A stretch of 64,000 bases of DNA from Bacteroidia bacterium (GTDB lineage Bacteria; Bacteroidota; Bacteroidia; M30B66): assembly GCA_965279035.1 (NCBI GenBank), contig OZ257142.1, forward strand, positions 1,312,001 to 1,376,000, given 5' to 3'. The notes beneath the pieces are model-generated. The model was not told where the DNA came from, did no database searches, and was given only the letters and a program-made list of their open reading frames with translations. Below, piece after piece: positions 58,290 to 64,000 of the stretch (positions are counted from its first letter, which is position 1; each line of letters starts with the position of its first letter). Made by a program: the position numbers and the translations under genes.

Positions 58290-59684
58290 CAGTACTGTCC
58301 GGTTAAAATTGAGATTGCATGATTTACCTTCTGTAGTTGCAGTAAATGCGGGTGTTGATGGTATTTATTTAAAATAAAGCCCCCTATGGAGGGAACAATG
58401 GCAGTTGAAAGGATTTAATTTGATTTCTAATTAGCGATTTTTCAGGATTGATGAGGAATTCAAAAAGGTTGATATAGGTCATCAAATGTAGCCTGACCAT
58501 GGCTGCAAGATTTGAAAACGACCAGTTTTTACCAGCTCTTGCTTTGACAATTTTTAAGACAAGGTCAGCGATCAGGGCACACCAGATTTGGATTTTGATC
58601 GCATTTTCGCTCTCTCCAAGGAAGCTTTGCATCGGATAGTTCTGTTTGATACGCTTAAATAGCGATTCGATCTGCCAACGATTTTTATAAAACAGTGCGA
58701 TTGAGGAGGGTTTGAATTGATTGTTATTGGTTATGAATTCAAATATCCTCTTCGATTTTTTGTCCTCATATTTTATAAGACGTGCCTTCACTCGTGTATT
58801 GTTATTGTGCTTGGTGTGGCCCATTTCTATAATCTGGTCGAGCAAAATTCCGTTCTGCTTTTCCTTGTCTGAAATTTTCTTTTCCCGCAGGACTTTGATC
58901 ACGGTGTTGTTTCGTAATCGGGTCACCCATGTGACATTTTCTTCCGAGAAACGGTTGTATTGCTTGTAATCATTATAACCACGATCAAACACCACAATGG
59001 ACCCACGTTGCAGGTGTATGTTCTGCAGAAATGGGCTGTCGGCTCCAGCTCCAGCAGAGAACCTTATCAAGCAAGGCACGTCTTGATCACTCCTCATTAA
59101 AGTATGCACCTTAATACCGCCTTTGCGCTTACCATCGGCGGGATTACGACCGGCATTTTTCAAAACTTCCTGAAACAACTGAATCGTTGTCGAGTCAACA
59201 ATATAAAGCCGGGATGCGATTTTACTTCGGCTGTCCGGTAAAAAATGCTTGTATCGGTCATAAAGCCAGTAGTAAATATCTTCAAAGACATCGGCTGGTC
59301 GACTGGTATTTGCATCTGAAATCGTGCTCCTTCTGGGAAAGTAGTTGATTCCTAAATGCTGTATCCTGCCTTCCCAGGCAAGTAGGCCTGAGGTCACTTC
59401 TCGGATACCTGTACACCGATTAAAGATTGCGTAAAGCATCGTTACTAGGTGCGTATAAGTCCTGAAGTTCTTATAATACCTATCAGCGTTATGCTCATCA
59501 GCTATGTCCTTTACTTTCGTCTGAGGCAGATAAGAAAGGAGTTGACTGTAAATCGGCTGTCCGGTAAAATATTTACTTTTACTCATGATTATTTTGGTGT
59601 GTCGTAACTCAAAAATAATCACAAAAGGAGTGATCGAAATGGTCGCTCCTTTTTTCTGATTTAAACTTTAACCGGACAGTACTG
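58290..59684 (-). mobile_element. IS4-family element, complete
   Basis: 18-bp perfect TIR CAGTACTGTCCGGTTAAA; 9-bp TSD ATTACGAAT at 58281 and 59685. Confidence 0.95.
58384..59586 (-). CDS. IS4-family transposase (DUF4372 + DDE_Tnp_1)
   Basis: VDSTTI, KVH, FDRGY and YKNRWQIESLFK motifs; start at MSKSKYF. Confidence 0.95.
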   Translation of the reverse strand: MSKSKYFTGQPIYSQLLSYLPQTKVKDIADEHNADRYYKNFRTYTHLVTMLYAIFNRCTGIREVTSGLLAWEGRIQHLGINYFPRRSTISDANTSRPADVFEDIYYWLYDRYKHFLPDSRSKIASRLYIVDSTTIQLFQEVLKNAGRNPADGKRKGGIKVHTLMRSDQDVPCLIRFSAGAGADSPFLQNIHLQRGSIVVFDRGYNDYKQYNRFSEENVTWVTRLRNNTVIKVLREKKISDKEKQNGILLDQIIEMGHTKHNNNTRVKARLIKYEDKKSKRIFEFITNNNQFKPSSIALFYKNRWQIESLFKRIKQNYPMQSFLGESENAIKIQIWCALIADLVLKIVKARAGKNWSFSNLAAMVRLHLMTYINLFEFLINPEKSLIRNQIKSFQLPLFPP

Positions 59685-59713
59685 ATTACGAATTACGAAT
59701 TTATTAGTATTAT

Positions 59714-59748
59714 ACATCGAATATCGTACATCGAATATCGAACATCGT
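59714..59748 (+). repeat. Heptamer repeat A(C/T)ATCG(A/T) x5
   Basis: acatcga atatcgt acatcga atatcga acatcgt. Confidence 0.75.
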
Positions 59749-59752
59749 TTAA

Positions 59753-60019
59753 TTAAAACTGCTGAATCAATTTGAAATACTCAACACTTTTTTGAAGTGC
59801 ATATAAGGGTAAAATCTGCATGCGTTCTTTAACTGCTTCTTCGTCGAGGCCTTTAAAGATGAGGACGGCGCCATTCCGTTCGTTACGTAAAAATAGGTGT
59901 TCTAATATTCCTTCTTCTTTCCATTTCGCCACAACAGCTTGTTCATGTTGGATGATTTCCTGGAAATTGGCAGGTAGATTCTCTGTATCGATGGTCAGTA
60001 TGGCTTGTATTCTGTTCAT
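59753..60019 (-). CDS. Muconolactone-isomerase-like small protein
   Basis: E...V..W..EG.L..LF....GAVLIF...LP pattern. Confidence 0.55.
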   Translation of the reverse strand: MNRIQAILTIDTENLPANFQEIIQHEQAVVAKWKEEGILEHLFLRNERNGAVLIFKGLDEEAVKERMQILPLYALQKSVEYFKLIQQF

Positions 60020-60203
60020 GGTGTGTGGGTTGGGTAGATTGTTTTTGAATGATTTGAAGCAACAAGGTAAGAGTATAGTTGTTCAAATTTGTTGCTACAT
60101 CTTAAATTCCAAACCTAATTATTTAGCAAAGTATATTCATCCAATCATTTTCCTATAAACTAGAAAACAAATCAATGGAGTTGAAATCAGTATCTGTATT
60201 TAA

Positions 60204-60287
60204 AACTCGTAATTCGAAATCGAAAATTTGTAATTAACAATTCGTAATTAACTACTAGTAATTAACCATTCGTAATTCGTAATTAAT
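60204..60287 (+). repeat. Degenerate heptamer tract (AATTCGT/AATTAAC) x12
   Basis: 7-nt periodicity; AATTCGT is the reverse complement of a rotation of AATTACG. Confidence 0.8.
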
Positions 60288-60660
60288 CTATAGGTTCCCA
60301 GAGTTCAATTTTGTTTCCTTCAGCATCGAGAATATGAACGAATTTACCGTAGTCGTATGTTTCGATTGCATCAAGAATGGTAACGCCTTCTTTTTTTAAT
60401 TCTTCTACTAAGGCTTCCAAATCTGCAACGCGATAATTAATCATGAATTCGCGCGGAGATGGATCAAAATACTTCGTTGTTTCGGGGAAGGGCGTCCACT
60501 GAGTTTGAGCTTTTTTACTAGCATCATCGCCCTCAAACCATTCGAATGTTGCACCGTATGGATTGGTTTCTAAACCGAGGTGTTTTTGGTACCATTCGGT
60601 TACTTTTTTAGGGTCTTTGCATTTGAAAAATATGCCGCCAATACCTGTTACTTTTTTCAT
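60283..60660 (-). CDS. VOC/glyoxalase-family protein
   Basis: KVTGIGGIFFK...DAEGNKIELWEP; paralogue of 57715-58242. Confidence 0.9.
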   Translation of the reverse strand: MKKVTGIGGIFFKCKDPKKVTEWYQKHLGLETNPYGATFEWFEGDDASKKAQTQWTPFPETTKYFDPSPREFMINYRVADLEALVEELKKEGVTILDAIETYDYGKFVHILDAEGNKIELWEPID

Positions 60661-60768
60661 AAATTTTAGATCAGATTAAATTGTATGTCTACATTCAAAA
60701 CTAAACATTTAATTATGTTCTTGATATATGCACGTGTTATGTTTAGATAATATGCAGTTATGCAGAAA

Positions 60769-61146
60769 TTATTTTTTATTCAATCGATACATTAAGGCTC
60801 CCACAATTCCACTCATAACCAAGGCACTCAAAATTAAAGGAACTTCGTTTTTAGAAATTCCAAAATAGAGATCTCCCAGTAATACAATCAATAAAAAGAG
60901 ATAGGAAATATTCAACATGGGTACCGATTTTTTAATCGTAGCCCAAGCAAAAATTACCCCCAATGCAAGTTGTCGTATAGCCCACATGTTTTTCAAGTCA
61001 TCTACACCAGTTGCTTTAAAGTCAACAGTTTCCATCATCGATTCTGGTGCAACAAACAGGGCAATACTTACGAGCAATTCAAGTATAGCAAAAAGTCCAG
61101 AAACAATGAGGATCCAATTTGGTAAAGTGGATTGTTTTGTATTCAT
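60769..61146 (-). CDS. Small membrane protein (DUF4267-like)
   Basis: 4 TM helices, WAIRQLALG, GD motif. Confidence 0.6.
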   Translation of the reverse strand: MNTKQSTLPNWILIVSGLFAILELLVSIALFVAPESMMETVDFKATGVDDLKNMWAIRQLALGVIFAWATIKKSVPMLNISYLFLLIVLLGDLYFGISKNEVPLILSALVMSGIVGALMYRLNKK

Positions 61147-61287
61147 GAGCCGAATTCTTATAAATAGTTAATTGAATTATGGGCTAATATACAATCTAAG
61201 TATTTAAATTAGTATGAGAAAAAAAAGCTTAAAATTAACTATGCTAAGTATTTGAACGCTGTATTATATCAATGTACAGAATTCATT

Positions 61288-61524
61288 TTAACGTTGCAAC
61301 TCATGGACTTCTATTGATTTTACTAATTGATGTTTGATTGTACTTACAGGGCAAATATCTTCACATTTCATGCAAGCAATAGTGCATGGAGTATTGACGG
61401 CTATCGTATCGAATGAGGAGATGAATCCAGCTTCATGTGGACAAACCGCAACACAAGCTCCACAATTAATACATGCATTCCATCCTATTTGAAATATGAC
61501 TGAATCATTGAGTTTCTTATTCAT
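61288..61524 (-). CDS. 2x[4Fe-4S] dicluster ferredoxin
   Basis: CINCGACVAVCP and CxxxCMKCEDICP; start overlaps the reductase stop. Confidence 0.9.
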   Translation of the reverse strand: MNKKLNDSVIFQIGWNACINCGACVAVCPHEAGFISSFDTIAVNTPCTIACMKCEDICPVSTIKHQLVKSIEVHELQR

Positions 61525-62699
61525 TAGAATTTTTTATAGCTAGAAAATGGATTAAAATAATTGGATAAGGTTTCATATAATTTTAGATTTTGTTCGATTA
61601 TATCTTTCTCATTAAAAATTGATTTTTTAAGTTCATACAATTGCCACATTTTATTGCCAATTGCATCAAGCCAACGATGTTGATATTCTTGAAGATTTTC
61701 AGCTTTTGTATTGTTTCCAGCTTGTATCCATTCTGCAAGAAATTGACCAGCTATTTCGCCTCCTTTTAAAGCGGTATGGATCCCTCCGCCCGTTATGGGG
61801 TTTACGTGTCGAGCAGCATCGCCCACTAAAATTAAATTATCAGCAAATTGAGTACGTAATGGTGATGCAAGTGGAACTCCACCACCTTGTACTTCAATAA
61901 TTCGTGCATGTTTGAGTCGTTCTTTTAGAAAGGAATTTTTTATAAAATGATCTAAATGCCATTGTGCATTCTGAGTTGTCATTGTACGAATAACTCCGAG
62001 ACCAATCTCAGTATAGCTATTCCCTTTTGGGAAAATCCATGCATAACCACCTGGAGCCCATTCATGACCTGTAATTATTTCAAGCAATCCATTTGTTTCT
62101 ACTCCATCTACAACAAATTGAAGGCAACTGGCTAGTTCCGTCATTTTAATATGCTTATTCAAGCCCGCCCATTTACCTACCTGAGATTGCAGTCCATCAG
62201 CTCCAACTAAAATGTGTGTTCGAATTACAAAATCTTGATTGAATTTTCGCAAATTAACTTCGCATGTTTTATCATCTAATGGAGTATAGTTTATTCCTTC
62301 TGTTTTAAACCAAACTTCTGCTCCAACTCTTTCTGCTAAGGTGATTAGGTATCGATCAAAACGGCGCCGATCTACGATGTATCCTAATGGTTTTTTATCA
62401 TTACCAATTCCATATTTTTCTGGTTTAAGTAAACGGTAATCAATATTCGATTGATCTCCTTGCTCGTTGTATATAACAAAGCCATAAATTGAATCTAATA
62501 CAAATTCAGAATTTGGTTCAATGTTTACTTCTTCTAAAGCACTGGCACTTAATGCCCCTGAGCATTGTATTGGAGCTCCCAATTCTTGTCTCTTATCAAC
62601 GAGAAGTACTTTTAAACCTTTTTGTGCGGCAATGCGAGCAGTTGTAGAACCAGCAGGCCCGCAACCTATAATTACAACGTCATAATCAACTGTTTTCAT
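61524..62699 (-). CDS. Geranylgeranyl reductase family FAD oxidoreductase (DGGGPL-reductase-like)
   Basis: GCGPAG, QCSGA, DRRRFD, GADG, PGGYAWIFP and GDAA..VNPITGGGI motifs. Confidence 0.85.
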   Translation of the reverse strand: MKTVDYDVVIIGCGPAGSTTARIAAQKGLKVLLVDKRQELGAPIQCSGALSASALEEVNIEPNSEFVLDSIYGFVIYNEQGDQSNIDYRLLKPEKYGIGNDKKPLGYIVDRRRFDRYLITLAERVGAEVWFKTEGINYTPLDDKTCEVNLRKFNQDFVIRTHILVGADGLQSQVGKWAGLNKHIKMTELASCLQFVVDGVETNGLLEIITGHEWAPGGYAWIFPKGNSYTEIGLGVIRTMTTQNAQWHLDHFIKNSFLKERLKHARIIEVQGGGVPLASPLRTQFADNLILVGDAARHVNPITGGGIHTALKGGEIAGQFLAEWIQAGNNTKAENLQEYQHRWLDAIGNKMWQLYELKKSIFNEKDIIEQNLKLYETLSNYFNPFSSYKKF

Positions 62700-62875
62700 A
62701 CCGAATTTTCATACTCACACAGATGCTTATTAGCTATACATGATAGAGCATGAAAGATGATTAATCTGACTCAGTATGTAGCTACAGAATTTTTATATAT
62801 AAATACATTATTCACATATTTTATGGAAGCATTAAAATAAGAAATGGAGATAAATAATAAATTGATTGGAATAAA

Positions 62876-63397
62876 TTAATCTAATATTTTGAGCATTACT
62901 CTATTGTCGTAAGAATTGACTTCCATCTGAAAGGGAGCATTCCCAATCCATTGGTATTCATGTTTTTCATAAAATGAAATGGCACGTTGATTTGATATCA
63001 AAACCCACAACCAAATTTGTTTTTCTCCTGCATTCTTCACTGTATTTTCGGCTAATTCCATGAGTTTGGCGCCAATTCCTTTTCCACAGAACCATTCTAA
63101 AATATAGAGTTTGTTGAGTTCGGGAGCGATAATATTTCCACAAGGACATTGCTTATTCCATTCTAATTCGGCAACTCCAACTAGGTTATTTTGATATTCG
63201 GCAACTAATATACAATCGGGGTTTTGCTGTATTGTTTTTTCAATGCGCTCAATTGAAAATTGCTGTGTGGTGAAATTTGCAAACTCATCTGAAACACCAT
63301 AAATCCCATAGGTTTGAATATATACTTGCTTATATAAAATAGCTAACTTTTTTGCATCTGATAATTGGGCATTTCTAAAATGAAAGGTTGATTCCAT
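62876..63397 (-). CDS. GNAT N-acetyltransferase (PaiA-like)
   Basis: ELNKLYI, GKGIGAKL and NQRAISFYEK motifs. Confidence 0.88.
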   Translation of the reverse strand: MESTFHFRNAQLSDAKKLAILYKQVYIQTYGIYGVSDEFANFTTQQFSIERIEKTIQQNPDCILVAEYQNNLVGVAELEWNKQCPCGNIIAPELNKLYILEWFCGKGIGAKLMELAENTVKNAGEKQIWLWVLISNQRAISFYEKHEYQWIGNAPFQMEVNSYDNRVMLKILD

Positions 63398-63470
63398 TAT
63401 TATTTCGAATAAATATTTAATTCTCTCCTAGGTTTTGAATTTCGAACTATTCAATGGTATTCATAATTAA

Positions 63471-63917
63471 TTATTTTTTGAGATCCGGATTTCCTTTTCC
63501 TGTAGTAATGAGTGGCAATAAACTGTTTTTCAAGTAATGCGTCCAGCCATTTGAACATGCTTCGAAGCATTGCAAATCTGGGATAAGTCCAAAATGTGTA
63601 ATGGTAAGTAGTGTTTTATCTTGATGTTTTGATATTTCAAAAATTACCTGAGTATTATTCCATTCATCTTGTTTTTCAACGAAGGTTAATTGGCTTTCTA
63701 AAGTTAACCAAACTACTTTTTTATCTGGAATAACTTCGATGAGTTTATGTTTTGAATAGTGGAAATCACCATGTCGGTAGCTGAATTCATCGTTTTGGTT
63801 TTCAGAATTCCCGACCAATTCTTCCGACCACCATGCGCGTACGTTTCGAATGGCATTAAATACTTCTTGAGGAGTTTGATCTACTGTAAATGAGATACTG
63901 AAATGGTGATTATTCAT
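63471..63917 (-). CDS. SRPBCC/AHSA1-family protein
   Basis: EVFNAI...WW, EWNNT, THFGL..CFEACSNGW motifs. Confidence 0.85.
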   Translation of the reverse strand: MNNHHFSISFTVDQTPQEVFNAIRNVRAWWSEELVGNSENQNDEFSYRHGDFHYSKHKLIEVIPDKKVVWLTLESQLTFVEKQDEWNNTQVIFEISKHQDKTLLTITHFGLIPDLQCFEACSNGWTHYLKNSLLPLITTGKGNPDLKK

Positions 63918-64000
63918 AGGATATTTTGAGTGTATTTAAAGTTAAATTAGACAAATGGATTGCAATTTTAATTATTTAATCTATGAAATACGATTTACGA

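Noticed and set aside
62700-62870. Possible riboswitch upstream of the reductase (CATACT...AGTATG, CAGA/TCTG pairing)
   Set aside because: Stems are short and I recognise no riboswitch consensus; an Rfam search would be needed.
50267-63917. Integron cassette array
   Set aside because: No tyrosine integrase and no recurring RYYYAAC...GTTRRRY attC sites were found by eye.

Overview
AT-rich Bacteroidota chromosomal segment (TAnnTTTG promoters, many T9SS C-terminal domains). 1-15.7 kb: oligoendopeptidase F, S8 protease, XRE/S24 repressor, a putative extracellular-DNA utilisation trio (LTD protein, TonB receptor, endonuclease I), DHS-like enzyme, DAHP synthase/chorismate mutase and a permease. 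16-23.5 kb plus 45.7-47.1 kb: five paralogous T9SS-secreted proteins carrying 11 copies of a Cys/Asp-rich 'SLGFGG...DGYDVDG' domain. A recurrent TGTAAG(A/G) motif lies upstream of four of them and of a 2591-aa repetitive adhesin. 23.7-36.4 kb: housekeeping genes and tRNA-Lys, followed by an IS1595. 47.3-50.1 kb: tRNA-Cys with a tandem array of tRNA-3'-end/terminator/REP-hairpin units, and a GC-richer gltX-folB operon. 50.2-64 kb: minus-strand accessory region with a HipA-like kinase/HIRAN module directly upstream of gltX (kinase split by an IS4 element), a second IS4 inserted in heptamer repeats, small VOC/GNAT/SRPBCC genes and an archaeal-type geranylgeranyl reductase-ferredoxin pair. All calls come from reading motifs by eye; no searches were run.
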